Part shown: one piece after another, positions 1-10,255 of the stretch
How the letters are laid out: each line of letters starts with the position of its first letter
Numbering within the stretch: the first letter of the stretch is position 1
Source of the DNA: an uncultured Acidobacteriota bacterium
GTDB taxonomy: Bacteria > Acidobacteriota > UBA6911
Assembly (NCBI GenBank): GCA_963773605.1
Contig: CAVZBT010000012.1
Coordinates: 780,865-844,864 of the forward strand
Reading direction: 5' to 3'
Length of the DNA: 64,000 nucleotides
Position numbers and translations under genes: made by a program
Notes under the pieces: model-generated
Database searches by the model: none
Told to the model about the DNA's origin: nothing
Seen by the model: only the letters and a program-made list of their open reading frames with translations

Positions 1-294
1 GAGATTGTTGTGCAGCGCCGCGGAACCGGGCGCCAGCTCGATCGCCTTCAGGTAATATGGCTCTGCTTCGGCATAACGCCTTTGTCCATCGAGCACCACT
101 CCCAGCAGGCTCAAAGCGCGCACCTCCGAGGGGTGCGCCGTGAGCAACGCCCGAACCTGCGTTTCGGCATCGTCGAGGCGTCCCTGCGCGTAGGCGGCGG
201 TAATCTGAGCATAGGCGGGCTGGAGATTCGATCCCTGGCAAAAAAGAAAACCGGCCCAGAGCAAGGAAATCAGGCCGGCGGCGATTACTCTCAT
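1..294 (-). CDS. TPR-repeat protein with N-terminal signal peptide (partial, continues beyond window start)
   Basis: Minus-strand translation from ATG (rc) at 294 gives MRVIAAGLISLLWAGFLFCQGSNLQPAYA... followed by TPR-like AEPYYLKAIELAP. Not in the ORF track because it is truncated by the window edge. Start uncertain (alternative ATG at 312). Confidence 0.4.
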   Translation of the reverse strand, partial: MRVIAAGLISLLWAGFLFCQGSNLQPAYAQITAAYAQGRLDDAETQVRALLTAHPSEVRALSLLGVVLDGQRRYAEAEPYYLKAIELAPGSAALHNNL

Positions 295-372
295 CAGTCG
301 CAGCTGCAGCATGAGCAGGCGGAAACGCCGGCAAAGCGCATTCCCGCCTGCTCATGGAAAAGTCAGTTCAGT

Positions 373-3300
373 TTACCAGTAGAACTTCAGGGCCAACTGC
401 ACTTCACGCGGCGAGCCGGCCATGCTGTCTACCAGGCCGAAACTGCCGCTGTCGAGGCTCGAGTTGGGCCCGCTGAACATCGGGTGATTGAATGCGTTGA
501 AAAACTCCGCCCGGAACTCCAGGCGGGCGCCCTCTCTGATTCTGCCAAACTGAGTGAATTCTTTCAGCAGCGACATGTTCGCCACCTTGACGCCCGGATT
601 CCGGACGCTGCCGGTCGTTCGCGGCGCATTCCCCACCGTGTAAGGCTCGGGAGCGACCACCACCTCGGGGTTGGCGAAGTACTGCTCGCGCCAGTCGGAG
701 CCGGTGTTACGAACCAGGGTTCCCGTCAGGTTGGGCCTCTGGTCTCCGTAGGTCGGCAGACTGGTTCCGCAACAATAAGTCAGCCCAATCGGCTGGCCGG
801 AGCTGAAGCGCCAGATCCCGTTGGTCTTCCAGCCGCCCAGGAAGGCGTCGAGCACCGGGTGCAGGTTCTTCCCGAACGCCTTGCCCCGCCCGAACGGCAG
901 TTCCCAGATGTAGCTGAGGCCAAGGACCTGCGGTATGTCAAACTGGGACAGGCCGCGTTCCAGCGCCATGTTGTTCGGGTTCTGCAGGCTCGTGGAACCC
1001 CCAAGCCACGTGACGCCGTCATGGGTGACAGAAGCGTTGTCGATCGACTTGCTGTTTGTGTACGTCGCCAGGAACTGGAGTCCCCTGGAGAAGCGTTTCT
1101 CCACCCGCACCTGGAAGGCGTGGTAAATGGAGTTTGCCACAGGCGGGGCTATGCCGGCGACGTCGCCGTATTGCGGGAATGGGAGCAGCAGCTGCGATTG
1201 CTGGATGTACTCGCCCCCGACCCCGGTGTTCGGATCGATGACACCGTAGAACGGGTTCGGCACGTAGGTCTGCAGATCCGCAATCTGATCCAGGCTGTAC
1301 TTCTCGATTTCCGGTCCCAGATGGTTGGTGTTCTGGGCGCCGCCGAAGTATAGCTTGGTCCCCTTCTTCCCGACGTAGTTTGCCTCGAGGATAATCCCCG
1401 ACCCCAGTTCATGCTGGAACCCCAGGGTCCAGGTCTGTTCGTAAGGGGTGAGGTCCTGTCCGTGGATCGGCCCCCTGATTGACTGGCCGACATAGGACCA
1501 GTCTCCGAGCGCCGATCCCCTCACGGGTGGGATGCCGCCCGTGATGGCCGGGAACGGATCGCTCAGGCGTCCCCACGGGGTGACGCTGTCGTAATGCAGA
1601 CTCGTCATCCAGTCGGGCACCGAATCGAACCCTTGGAACCCGTAACCTCCCGTCCCCGCTGCGCCGCGGGTGGTGATGGTGTAGAAGAGGCCATAGCCGC
1701 CCCGCAGGACTGTCTTGTCCGTCAAACGGTACGCAAAACCGAAGCGGGGCGCCCAGTTGTTTTTGTCCCAACCGTAGTTGTGGGGATTGTTCTTGTCGGT
1801 GAACTTGAGCACGCCTTTCAGGTCGGGATAGCCCGGCACCTTCACCGGCGAAACGGCGTTCGGATCGATGTAGCTCATCCGGTCGTACCGTTCGGTGCGC
1901 GGCGTCTCCAGGTCGTAACGGAGCCCGAGGTTCAGGGTCAGCTTTTCGGTCGCCTTCCAGTTATCCTGGATGTAACCCGCATAGCGGAAGCTCTGCGTGC
2001 TGGCCCACGCCGGGATCTCGTATTCGCCGTACCAGCCGCTGGGCCCGGTGAACCCGGTGAGGAAGCTGGCCATCTCGTCACCCTGGGTGTAATTCGTGTC
2101 CTTCGACGTGCCGTTCTGGTCATACTCGTAGTACCCGGCGCCGCAGCAGGGCTGCACGAAATTGATCCGGTGCATGCGCGCTTCGCCGCCGATTTTCAGA
2201 TCGTGGCGGCCGCGTATTTGGCTCCAGCTTCCGGCCAGATGAAACTGCTCGGGAGATTGCCGCAGAATACCCCAGGCCTGGGACCCGATGTTGTTGCCGC
2301 TGGCCGCATTGTAATTGTGGATGACAATCGCCGGGGAGGCTTTGAACCCGGAGTCCGCCAGGTACGACGGGAGCCCCAGGTCTTTGATCGGATCGACGTC
2401 GGGATACGCCGTCATGATGTCCTTGCCGTCGTAGAAATTCCGCGTGTACCCCAGCGTCAGGCTCATCAGCGTGCTGTTACTGATGGTCCGGGTGTAGTTG
2501 AAATTGAACGCGTGCGTCTTGCTCCCGCCCGTGCCGATCGAGGTCGGATCGTAGGCGTTGCCGAACGCATTCGCGTTTATGTTGGAATCGACGCCGCGGG
2601 CGAAGCGGCTGCTGATCCGGTTCTTGTCGTTGAAGCTGTGGTCGATCTTGATGTCCCACTGGTCGTTGCGGCCCCTGCTCGAACCGGAACTGATCCAGTT
2701 GTTGAAGCGGTTGTAGCCGGACGTACCCACCGCGACGTTGGGCAGCGGGAAATAGCTCATCATCTTCTGCGCCGCCGGATCGATGAGGTTGCCGGGACGG
2801 GCCGCGGGCTGATAGCCGGCGGGAAGGTTGGGATTGCCGGGGCTCTGAAAGAGATCGAGCCGGTTGAACGGCACGAAGCGGGAGCGGACGGCACCGCCCA
2901 CCTCCTCGTCGTATTCGCCCGAGTAAGGATCCCAGAGCTGGCCGTCCCCTTGGCACAGGCCGTCGGCGTCAAAGCCCTCGGGGCAGATCTCCCCGAAATT
3001 GCCGGTGCGCATGGCGGCGCTCGGCACGCCTGCACGGAAGGTGCGGGCGTTGACGTCGCGCAGGCCTTCATAGCTGAAGAAGAAGAAAGTCTTCTGCTTC
3101 CGGATCGGACCTCCGACGGTGAGGCCGAACAGGTTGTAGCGGCGGGGCGCCAGCTTCACACCGTTCGCGTTATTGAACCAGTCGTTGGCTGTCAGGACGT
3201 TGTTGCGCAGGAATTCCCAGGCGCTGCCGTGGAATTCGTTGGTGCCCGACCGTGTGACCATGTTGATGATCGTGGCGCCGCTGAAACCGATTTCCGCGCT

Positions 3301-3993
3301 GAAGTTCGACTGCTGGATTTTGAACTCCTGCACCGAGTCGACCGACGGAGTATAGAGCGCGTTCAATATGCCGCTGTTCTGCTCGAAACTTGTGGCACTG
3401 ACGCCGTCCATGAGAATGTCGGCCGTAGAGTTGCGGCTGCCGTTGGATACAAAATTGAGGGTTCCCCCGACACCCCCGGGTGCCGGAATAACTCCGGGCG
3501 CCAGGTTGGCCAGATCGAGCACTCCTCTTCCCAGCAGCGGGAGTTCGTTGATCATGTTCCGATCGAGTTCCTGACCGGTCGACGCATCCTGGGTTGACAG
3601 CAGCGCCATTCCGGTCGCCGCGACCTCGATGGTCTGTGCGCTCGCCCCCACCTGCAGGGATACATCGATGTTCGCACTCTGGTTGACCGCGAGCACGACG
3701 CCGTCCCGTGAAGAGGTATTGAAGCCACTAACCTCCACCGTAAGCTTGTATGTGCTCGGCGGGAGCGCGCGGATGAGATAGCGCCCCACCTCGTCGGTGA
3801 CCGTTGTGTAATCCAACTGCTTGGCCACATCCGTCAGGGTGACCTTCGCTCCGGGGATCACGCCGCCCGTTTGGTCGGTGACCACTCCCGTGAGCGAACC
3901 GGTAAATACCTGCCCCCAGAGCAGGCCGCATGATGCGATCAGAAAAAGCAGCAACAGCGGTGTCCGAGGGGTTCTTCGCGTCCCGATCTGCAT
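373..3993 (-). CDS. TonB-dependent outer membrane receptor with N-terminal carboxypeptidase-regulatory-like domain
   Basis: 1245-aa ORF. Likely start is the internal M (MQIGTRRTPRTPLLLLFLIASCGLLWGQ, signal peptide) preceded by AGGAGG. N-terminal segment VFTGSLTGVVTDQTGGVIPGAKVTLTDV...GRY is CarbopepD_reg-like, followed by a plug-like region ending in INELPLLGRG. C-terminal LALKFYW is an aromatic terminal residue typical of a beta-barrel. Confidence 0.85.
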   Translation of the reverse strand: MQIGTRRTPRTPLLLLFLIASCGLLWGQVFTGSLTGVVTDQTGGVIPGAKVTLTDVAKQLDYTTVTDEVGRYLIRALPPSTYKLTVEVSGFNTSSRDGVVLAVNQSANIDVSLQVGASAQTIEVAATGMALLSTQDASTGQELDRNMINELPLLGRGVLDLANLAPGVIPAPGGVGGTLNFVSNGSRNSTADILMDGVSATSFEQNSGILNALYTPSVDSVQEFKIQQSNFSAEIGFSGATIINMVTRSGTNEFHGSAWEFLRNNVLTANDWFNNANGVKLAPRRYNLFGLTVGGPIRKQKTFFFFSYEGLRDVNARTFRAGVPSAAMRTGNFGEICPEGFDADGLCQGDGQLWDPYSGEYDEEVGGAVRSRFVPFNRLDLFQSPGNPNLPAGYQPAARPGNLIDPAAQKMMSYFPLPNVAVGTSGYNRFNNWISSGSSRGRNDQWDIKIDHSFNDKNRISSRFARGVDSNINANAFGNAYDPTSIGTGGSKTHAFNFNYTRTISNSTLMSLTLGYTRNFYDGKDIMTAYPDVDPIKDLGLPSYLADSGFKASPAIVIHNYNAASGNNIGSQAWGILRQSPEQFHLAGSWSQIRGRHDLKIGGEARMHRINFVQPCCGAGYYEYDQNGTSKDTNYTQGDEMASFLTGFTGPSGWYGEYEIPAWASTQSFRYAGYIQDNWKATEKLTLNLGLRYDLETPRTERYDRMSYIDPNAVSPVKVPGYPDLKGVLKFTDKNNPHNYGWDKNNWAPRFGFAYRLTDKTVLRGGYGLFYTITTRGAAGTGGYGFQGFDSVPDWMTSLHYDSVTPWGRLSDPFPAITGGIPPVRGSALGDWSYVGQSIRGPIHGQDLTPYEQTWTLGFQHELGSGIILEANYVGKKGTKLYFGGAQNTNHLGPEIEKYSLDQIADLQTYVPNPFYGVIDPNTGVGGEYIQQSQLLLPFPQYGDVAGIAPPVANSIYHAFQVRVEKRFSRGLQFLATYTNSKSIDNASVTHDGVTWLGGSTSLQNPNNMALERGLSQFDIPQVLGLSYIWELPFGRGKAFGKNLHPVLDAFLGGWKTNGIWRFSSGQPIGLTYCCGTSLPTYGDQRPNLTGTLVRNTGSDWREQYFANPEVVVAPEPYTVGNAPRTTGSVRNPGVKVANMSLLKEFTQFGRIREGARLEFRAEFFNAFNHPMFSGPNSSLDSGSFGLVDSMAGSPREVQLALKFYW

Positions 3994-4125
3994 GACATCC
4001 TCCTGGCTGAAACAAAAGACAAACGTCAATTCGGGCAGACTGAAGAATCCTTGAGCTTGTAGCTGGCCTATTCTAGCCCTATTGCTGTCAAGAATACCCA
4101 AAAAGCGCAAGCGAGGCCAGCGGCT

Positions 4126-4200
4126 CTGGAGTGCGGCGGCTCGACGCCGCTTTTCGGGCGGCGCCTGGGCGCCGCCCTTTGGCCGATGCTTACCGATCCA
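4126..4200. repeat. single partial copy of the dispersed palindromic intergenic repeat family (GGAGTGCGGCGGCTCGACGCCGCTTT...GGCGCCTGGGCGCC...)
   Basis: Shares the 5' half (ggagtgcggcggctcgacgccgcttt, ggcgcctgggcgcc) with the arrays at 9130-9418 and 23705-24225. Confidence 0.5.
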
Positions 4201-4523
4201 GTACCACCACGGAAAAGCGTGGCCGAGGGTAACTCTAATACGGATCTCGATACGTGTGCCGCCCTATGCGGGGACTTCTTTCAGGATACAGCGTCCGGCA
4301 GAGCTCACGCCCCGGGTGGTTAATGGTGGACTGCAAAGCGAGCCCTGCAGGGGCGACACAACAGCGTGAATGGCGATCCGTACAAAGTTCAGGCCGAGGC
4401 ACCGCACTTCCACAGACGCGGCACGGGCTCTCTGCGACAGGCCCAAAAACCCTCGAAGATCCCTCGGAGCTGGACGCCTGCCTCTGTATAATCCGTCTGA
4501 TCAATGGAGGCCCGATCACGTCC

Positions 4524-6179
4524 GTGTCCGTCCGTTTCTGTCTCGTGGGAATCCTGTTGCTCGCTTGGCGCGGCGCGGAGCTGGCCGCACCGGAGGGCGC
4601 CGAACGGCCGCAGTTCTCCGATGTCGCCGCCCGATCGCAATTCGCCTACACCTCCAACAACAACTACACGGGCAGGAAATACTTTCCGCAGCCGATGTGC
4701 GGCGGCGTCGCGCTGCTGGACTACAACAACGACGGACGGCTCGACATTTTCTTTACCAACGGGGCCAAGCTGCCGGAACTGAAAAAAACCGATCCTTCCT
4801 TTTACAACTGCCTCCTCGAGAACGCGGGCGGTGGCGTTTTCCGGGAGGTCACCTCCACCGCCCGGCTGACCGGCGCCGAGCTCGATTTCTGTTACGGCGT
4901 GGCTGCGGGCGACTACGATAACGACGGATTTGCCGACCTGTTCATCTGCGACAGCGGTCCGAACGCGCTCTACCACAACAACGGGGACGGCACCTTCTCG
5001 AATGTCGCGTCCGAGGCCGGACTCGCCGACAAGCCCCCCGATCTGCTCAGCGTGTGCGCCGCCTGGTTCGATTATGACAACGACGGCCGGCTCGACCTGG
5101 TCGTTTCCCAGTACACGAACTGGAACCCGCGCACGGACCGCCGCTGCGTGCGGCCCGATGCCGTCGACTACTACTGCAGTCCCCGAACCGTGACACCCGT
5201 GCCGCACTCGCTCTACCATAACGAGGGGAACGCCAGGTTCCGCAACGTGACCGCGGCTTCCGGGTTCGGGAAATCCCTGGGGAAAGGGATGGGGATCGGG
5301 ATCGCCGACTTCAACCGCGACGGCCTGATGGACGTCTTCATCAGCAACGACACCGAACCGAACTTCCTCTATCTCAACAAGGGGGACGGCAAGTTCGAAG
5401 AATCGGCCATGGTCTACGGCGTGGCCTACAACGATCAGGCCGCCATCGTTTCGGGGATGGGTTGCGACGTGAAGGACTACGACAACGACGGCTGGGTCGA
5501 CGTGTTCTACAACAACCTTCAGCACCAGACGTTCGGCCTGTTCCGCAACGAGGCCGGCAAGTATTTCGAGTACCTGAGCGCGCCCGCGAACATCGAGAAA
5601 CTGAGCCACAACTTTTCCGGCTGGAGCAACGCGTTTGTCGACTACGACAGCGACGGCTGGAAGGACATCTATTCCGCCAACGGCGACGTGGACTACTTCG
5701 GGGACAACGCCGCCCAGCACGACACGCTGTGGCGCAACGAAAACGGCAAGAGCTTCGTCGACGTTTCGGAGGGCCTGGGCAAGGATTTTCTGCGTGCCGG
5801 GTTCCAGCGGGGATCGGCCACGGGGGACTTGAACGACGACGGGTTCCCGGACCTCGTCGTCACGTCCCTCAATGCCAAGCCGCGGATCCTCATGAACTCG
5901 GGGGGGAAAAACCACTGGCTGCTGGTGGAAACCCGCGGCAGGAAGGCCAACCGCGACGGTATCGGAGCGAGCGTCACGGTGGTGACGGGATCCGGGCGAA
6001 AGCTCTATGGCCACGTGAATCCCGGCGTGGGATTCATGTCCTCCAGCGACAAGCGCGTCCACTTCGGCCTCGGGCCGGAAAGCGTCATCAAGGAAATCGA
6101 GATTCGCTGGCCGGGCGGCGCGGTGCAGCGGCTGGCCGGAGCTGCCCCGGATCGCGTCGTGAGAGTCGAAGAGCGGTGA
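4524..6179 (+). CDS. CRTAC1-family protein (FG-GAP/VCBS repeats plus ASPIC/UnbV C-terminal domain), secreted
   Basis: Repeated DYDNDGxxD(L/I)F calcium-binding FG-GAP motifs (LLDYNNDGRLDIFFTNG, DYDNDGFADLFICD, FDYDNDGRLDLVVS, ADFNRDGLMDVFISN ...). C-terminal NRDGIGASVTVVTGSGRKLYGHVNPGVGFMSSSDKRVHFGLG matches the UnbV_ASPIC signature. Start placed at GTG 4524 (signal peptide VRFCLVGILLLAWRGAELAAP, GGAGG at 4506-4510). The ORF-track start 4254 is probably too far upstream. Confidence 0.8.
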   Translation: MSVRFCLVGILLLAWRGAELAAPEGAERPQFSDVAARSQFAYTSNNNYTGRKYFPQPMCGGVALLDYNNDGRLDIFFTNGAKLPELKKTDPSFYNCLLENAGGGVFREVTSTARLTGAELDFCYGVAAGDYDNDGFADLFICDSGPNALYHNNGDGTFSNVASEAGLADKPPDLLSVCAAWFDYDNDGRLDLVVSQYTNWNPRTDRRCVRPDAVDYYCSPRTVTPVPHSLYHNEGNARFRNVTAASGFGKSLGKGMGIGIADFNRDGLMDVFISNDTEPNFLYLNKGDGKFEESAMVYGVAYNDQAAIVSGMGCDVKDYDNDGWVDVFYNNLQHQTFGLFRNEAGKYFEYLSAPANIEKLSHNFSGWSNAFVDYDSDGWKDIYSANGDVDYFGDNAAQHDTLWRNENGKSFVDVSEGLGKDFLRAGFQRGSATGDLNDDGFPDLVVTSLNAKPRILMNSGGKNHWLLVETRGRKANRDGIGASVTVVTGSGRKLYGHVNPGVGFMSSSDKRVHFGLGPESVIKEIEIRWPGGAVQRLAGAAPDRVVRVEER

Positions 6180-6359
6180 AAGGTCCCCACCCAAAGACGG
6201 CCTGTCGAGCCCGAGTGAGCCAAGCAGGCTCGGCCGCAGGAAGACCGCCGTGCCCCAAGACCGGAAAAGACAGGCCAAAAATCGCAAATAAGGGCCGGTT
6301 TAGACCCATTATTTGGTGCAGCTTACTGTAACCGCTACACTTATCCGGGTCCGTCCCTG

Positions 6360-7364
6360 TCAGTAGCCTTTCTGCTTGTCGACGACGTTGATCAACGGCT
6401 TCCCCTCGACAAAGCGGCGGATGTTCTGTTTGATCGTGTCGATCATGCGGGCACGGTCCTTGTCGGATCTCCCGGCGATGTGGGGCGTGATGATGGCGTT
6501 GTCGCACTTCCAGAGCGGGTGGCCCTTCGGAAGTGGCTCAGGGTCGGTCACATCGACACCGGCACCTGCCAGCTGTCTGCTTTGGAGCGCAGCGACCAGG
6601 GCATCGATGTCGTACAGCGGGCCGCGGCTCACCGCGATGAAGTAGGCGCCCTTCTTCATGGCGCCGAATTGCCGTGGGCCCAGCAGCTTGTTGCTCAGGG
6701 CGGTATGAGGGGCCGACACGAACACCACGTCCGCCTGGGGCAGAACCGAGTCAAGCTGGTCCGGCTTCACCACCTTCGCGATCACGGGCATATAGGGGAT
6801 ATCTTCCGGGTCGACGCCGATCACGGTCATACCGTGCGCCCAGGCCCGGAACGCGATCTGCGTCCCTATGCCGCCTACTCCGATCACGATCGCCGTGCGG
6901 CCGTTCAGTTCGATGCCGGAATAGGGTCGTGGCTTCCAGTCCTCCCGCTGCTTGTCGGCGAGGAATTCGTGAATGCCTCTCGAGAGCGTGAGCAGCATCG
7001 CCATCGCATGATCGGCGATCTCGGGCCCCTGCACGATCTGGTTGTTCGTGAGGGTGATGGGGCTATCGCGCAGGTCGTTGCCGCCCGAACGGTGCAGAAC
7101 GCGCTCGACGCCCGCGCTCATGGTCTGCACCCACCGGAGCTTCTTGCCGGCGCGCACCTGCGCCGGTGTGATGTCCCCGATGAAGGCGTCGGCGTCGACG
7201 ATCTCCCGCATCACGTTCTCCGCCGTGACCGGAACAATCTTCGCCGCCGGGGTGACGGTCTCAAATTCCTGCACAAGCGCCGGGTCGGCGTTGCTGATGA
7301 GAATCTTCGCTGTTTGCGCCTGCCCCCCGAACACCAGCAGCAAACACAGTGCCGCACCTCGCAT
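6360..7364 (-). CDS. D-isomer-specific 2-hydroxyacid dehydrogenase family protein (NAD-binding) with predicted N-terminal signal peptide
   Basis: NAD-binding GRTAIVIGVGGIGTQIA Rossmann motif and catalytic-domain layout of the PGDH/GyaR family. N-terminus MRGAALCLLLVFGGQAQTA looks like a cleavable signal peptide. Confidence 0.85.
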   Translation of the reverse strand: MRGAALCLLLVFGGQAQTAKILISNADPALVQEFETVTPAAKIVPVTAENVMREIVDADAFIGDITPAQVRAGKKLRWVQTMSAGVERVLHRSGGNDLRDSPITLTNNQIVQGPEIADHAMAMLLTLSRGIHEFLADKQREDWKPRPYSGIELNGRTAIVIGVGGIGTQIAFRAWAHGMTVIGVDPEDIPYMPVIAKVVKPDQLDSVLPQADVVFVSAPHTALSNKLLGPRQFGAMKKGAYFIAVSRGPLYDIDALVAALQSRQLAGAGVDVTDPEPLPKGHPLWKCDNAIITPHIAGRSDKDRARMIDTIKQNIRRFVEGKPLINVVDKQKGY

Positions 7365-7490
7365 CCTTCACCTCCTTCGCTTGGACACCCTGGACTTTCA
7401 GTGGACAGGGCCGGCGCGGCGGGGGAACCGTGGAATCGGCCCGATGTTGGGCCAGTTCCAGCGCCGCGTCCAACCGCCACGGCCCACCCG

Positions 7491-9065
7491 TCATTTCCGG
7501 ACGAGCTCGATGCCGCTGCCGGTGCCGAGGTTGCGGGTGTATTGCATAGACTCGGCGTTATTCCAGTGTTCGTGAACGCCCAGGCTCGCCAGCCGCCTCG
7601 TGGCCGTCGCGTGGTCCGGATCGTAGAATGTGCCCGAGGGAGGGTTGTCCGCCAGGGCGGCCTCGTGCAGGTAGTCGTCCGCCCCGGACATTCGCGGATG
7701 ATCGTTCCACTCGGCCCAGAGCATGTCGTACGCCACCGAATCGATGGCCACGGGGTCCTGCGAGACGAGCAGGCTCGAGCTCCAGTCGCCCCCGAAAGGC
7801 GCACGGTTCCATTTCTTCGGCGAAGTCTCGACCGGGTGCACGCCGGCATACAACCCGTCGACCAGGTACAGGATCGCCTTCCCCCCGATGTGCGCGTGGC
7901 CGGTGAGATCGACGAGGTCCCTGTAATGGCCGTAACCGGGAGTGTTGCGCGGGAGGCTCTGGTGCATGTCGAAGTAACCCTTCTCGACCGGGCGCCGCGC
8001 CAGCGAGCCGAAGTGGTTCTTGGCGCATAACGTCACGCCGGCCATGGTGTGGCTCTTCAGGTTCGCCAGGTTGATGAAATAGGTCGCCTCGGCGTAGGCG
8101 TCCGGGAGGTAGTCCTGCGCGGCGCCGGTCGGGCGCGAACTCCAGTAGAAGGCGACCGACGACGGGTGCACGCCGCGCCGCGGCTCGGCCGCGGTCCCGC
8201 CGTCGTGATCCATGTACCGGACCTCGGGAAACTCGCGGTGCAGGATCTCGTAGTACTGGCGGGGAAAACGCGAGAGCGGATCGCCGATAGATATGTCCGA
8301 CGGCCTCGCGCCCGCGCCCTTCACCAGCTGCCTCAAGAGCGCCGCCATCATTTGGGGAGCGGTGTTCATGTAATCCAGGTCCTTGGTCATCTCGTAGGAG
8401 TCCGGGTCGACGCTCCCGCCCCTGGAGGCGATGCAACCCACCAGATTGACCTTGATGGCGATCTTCTCCCCGGCCTTGTAGCCGCGCTCGGTCCCCGATC
8501 GGATTTTGTTGAAGTGGCGGAAGAGCGTCTGCCAGGCGGCCGCGTCGCTCCGGGTTCCGGTGAGCGCCTGCAGGGAGCCCGACATCATTTTGTCGACTTC
8601 AGCCTGATCCGTGTGGTTCGCCTCCCACCAGTGGCCCTGCCCAGGGCCGCCCCAGTCGGTGGCATTCGGGTCGTGGGTCCACACGACGCGCCCCGGGTGG
8701 ATTCCCCGGGCCACGCCGAGCGGGGCGTTCGGTTCGGGGTTGTCGGCCAGCGCCGGCCCGGGGGGAAGCAGCAGGAATGTCCCAAACCCGATCGCGAGAG
8801 CCACCGCCCCACAGGCGCAGGCGAGCCGCCAGCGGGATTGCCTCAGCAGCAGCCGACTCTTGCGAAACGCCGCCATCGAGGCGACCACGCCCGCCATCCA
8901 CAGCACGAAACTGCCCGCCAGCGGCGCCGCCATGCGCTGGCAGGGGTAGGCGGCGCGCGTCGGCTTCGGAATGACGCGAACCAGGAACCAGATGAGCGCC
9001 ATCACTCCCGAGAGGGGAAATATCCACTTCTTCCAACGAGCCTTGGTGCGATTATGGCAATACAT
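7491..9065 (-). CDS. DUF362-domain protein with N-terminal transmembrane segments
   Basis: Core region [16 protein letters not shown]...[28 protein letters not shown] resembles the DUF362 family. The N-terminal 110 aa contain two hydrophobic helices. Start at 9065 uncertain (alternative Met 21 codons downstream). Confidence 0.55.
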   Translation of the reverse strand: MYCHNRTKARWKKWIFPLSGVMALIWFLVRVIPKPTRAAYPCQRMAAPLAGSFVLWMAGVVASMAAFRKSRLLLRQSRWRLACACGAVALAIGFGTFLLLPPGPALADNPEPNAPLGVARGIHPGRVVWTHDPNATDWGGPGQGHWWEANHTDQAEVDKMMSGSLQALTGTRSDAAAWQTLFRHFNKIRSGTERGYKAGEKIAIKVNLVGCIASRGGSVDPDSYEMTKDLDYMNTAPQMMAALLRQLVKGAGARPSDISIGDPLSRFPRQYYEILHREFPEVRYMDHDGGTAAEPRRGVHPSSVAFYWSSRPTGAAQDYLPDAYAEATYFINLANLKSHTMAGVTLCAKNHFGSLARRPVEKGYFDMHQSLPRNTPGYGHYRDLVDLTGHAHIGGKAILYLVDGLYAGVHPVETSPKKWNRAPFGGDWSSSLLVSQDPVAIDSVAYDMLWAEWNDHPRMSGADDYLHEAALADNPPSGTFYDPDHATATRRLASLGVHEHWNNAESMQYTRNLGTGSGIELVRK

Positions 9066-9129
9066 GGGTGGTCTCCGGATTGTGTACGGCTAGGATAAGC
9101 CAAAACATCGGCTGCCGCGCAAAACAAAA

Positions 9130-9418
9130 AGCATCCGGCTGCCGGCTCGACGCCGCTTTGGGGTCGGCGCCTAGGCGCCGACCTTTCCCAAACCCAGACA
9201 GCGGTGCCGAGGCACCGCACTCCACACTTTGGAGTGCGGCGGCTCGACGCCGCTTTGGGGTCGGCGCCTGGGTGCCGACCCTTCCCAAACCCAGACAGTG
9301 GTGCCGAGGCACCGCACTCCACACTTTGGAGTGCGGCGGCTCGACGCCGCTTTGGGGTCGGCGCCTGGGCGCCGACCCTTCCCAAACCCAGACAGTGGTG
9401 CCGAGGCACCGCACTCCA
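9130..9418. repeat. tandem array (about 3 copies, roughly 107-bp unit) of the palindromic intergenic repeat, immediately upstream of aqpZ
   Basis: Direct head-to-tail repeats of ggagtgcggcggctcgacgccgctttggggtcggcgcctgggcgccgacccttcccaaacccagacagtggtgccgaggcaccgcactccacacttt. Each unit carries the perfect palindrome tcggcgcc-ta/tg-ggcgccga and a 10-bp stem hairpin ccgcactcca-cactt-tggagtgcgg at unit junctions. The three copies differ by only a few substitutions. Confidence 0.85.
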
Positions 9419-9535
9419 TATGCTCTATTTATTGACTGGAGACGTGAACGGGCGGAGAATCGGGCCCAGCTTCACTTACATTCCCGCAATCAGGAGGATG
9501 ACTATCCAGAACCGTTTCCCTCGGAGGATAACTTC

Positions 9536-10255
9536 ATGAAACTGTCACAACGATGCACGGCGGAGTTGGTCGGTACTTTCTGGCTCGTTTTCGGCGGTTG
9601 CGGAAGCGCAGTTCTGGCCGCGGCCTTCCCAGAACTGGGGATCGGGTTCCTCGGTGTCGCGCTCGCTTTCGGGTTGACCGTCCTGACTATGGCCTTCGCC
9701 ATAGGCCACATCTCCGGCTGCCATCTGAATCCGGCCGTCACCTTCGGCCTGTGGGCAGGAAAGCGCTTCCCGCTGGCCGAAATCCCCGCCTATGTCATTT
9801 CTCAGGTTGTCGGCGCCACCGCCGCAGCGGGTCTGCTCTATGTAGTCGCGAGCGGGAAGGCCGGCTTTGACCTGAGCGGCGGCCTCGCATCGAACGGGTA
9901 TGGCGCGCATTCGCCCGGTGGGTATTCGCTGATGGCGGGATTGATTGTCGAGGCCGTCCTGACTTTCATGTTCCTGCTGGTAATACTCGGCTCCACAGAC
10001 AAGCGTGCACCCCAGGGGTTGGCTCCCATTGCGATTGGCCTCTGTCTCACCCTGATTCACCTGATCAGCATCCCCGTCACGAACACCTCGGTGAATCCTG
10101 CCCGCAGCACGGGACCGGCCCTTTTCGTCGGCGGTTGGGCTTTGTCACAGCTCTGGCTCTTCTGGGTGGCCCCGATCGCTGGCGCCCTGGTGGCCGGGGT
10201 CGTTCATGCCGCGGCCTTCGCCTCGAAGGATACGGCAGTGAAAACCCGGGCCTAG
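9536..10255 (+). CDS. aqpZ: aquaporin Z
   Basis: [23 protein letters not shown]..., two NPA boxes (HLNPAVT and NTSVNPARS), six-TM MIP family layout. GGAGGA RBS 8 nt upstream of ATG 9536. The ORF-track start 9068 lies within the repeat array and is spurious. Confidence 0.9.
   Translation: MKLSQRCTAELVGTFWLVFGGCGSAVLAAAFPELGIGFLGVALAFGLTVLTMAFAIGHISGCHLNPAVTFGLWAGKRFPLAEIPAYVISQVVGATAAAGLLYVVASGKAGFDLSGGLASNGYGAHSPGGYSLMAGLIVEAVLTFMFLLVILGSTDKRAPQGLAPIAIGLCLTLIHLISIPVTNTSVNPARSTGPALFVGGWALSQLWLFWVAPIAGALVAGVVHAAAFASKDTAVKTRA

Noticed and set aside
1594-3597. 667-aa plus-strand ORF antisense to the TonB-dependent receptor
   Set aside because: Arg/Ala/Gly/Pro-rich low-complexity translation with no motifs. 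It lies entirely inside a well-supported minus-strand gene. Long antisense ORFs are a typical artifact of 66% GC.
4389-6287. 632-aa minus-strand ORF antisense to the FG-GAP/UnbV gene
   Set aside because: Same antisense high-GC artifact. The plus strand carries unmistakable FG-GAP and UnbV motifs.
6480-8030. 516-aa plus-strand ORF spanning the dehydrogenase and DUF362 genes
   Set aside because: Antisense to two conserved genes, with R/G/P-rich composition and no start context.
7558-8436. 292-aa minus-strand ORF overlapping the DUF362 gene in another frame
   Set aside because: Out-of-frame overlap with a motif-bearing gene on the same strand. Arg-rich junk.
9002-9435. Several 60-135-aa ORFs inside the 9130-9418 repeat array (also 23442-24502 inside the second array)
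   Set aside because: They are generated by the repeated palindromic DNA (repetitive AAAS/RRRP-rich translations) and have no start signals. The region is non-coding repeat.
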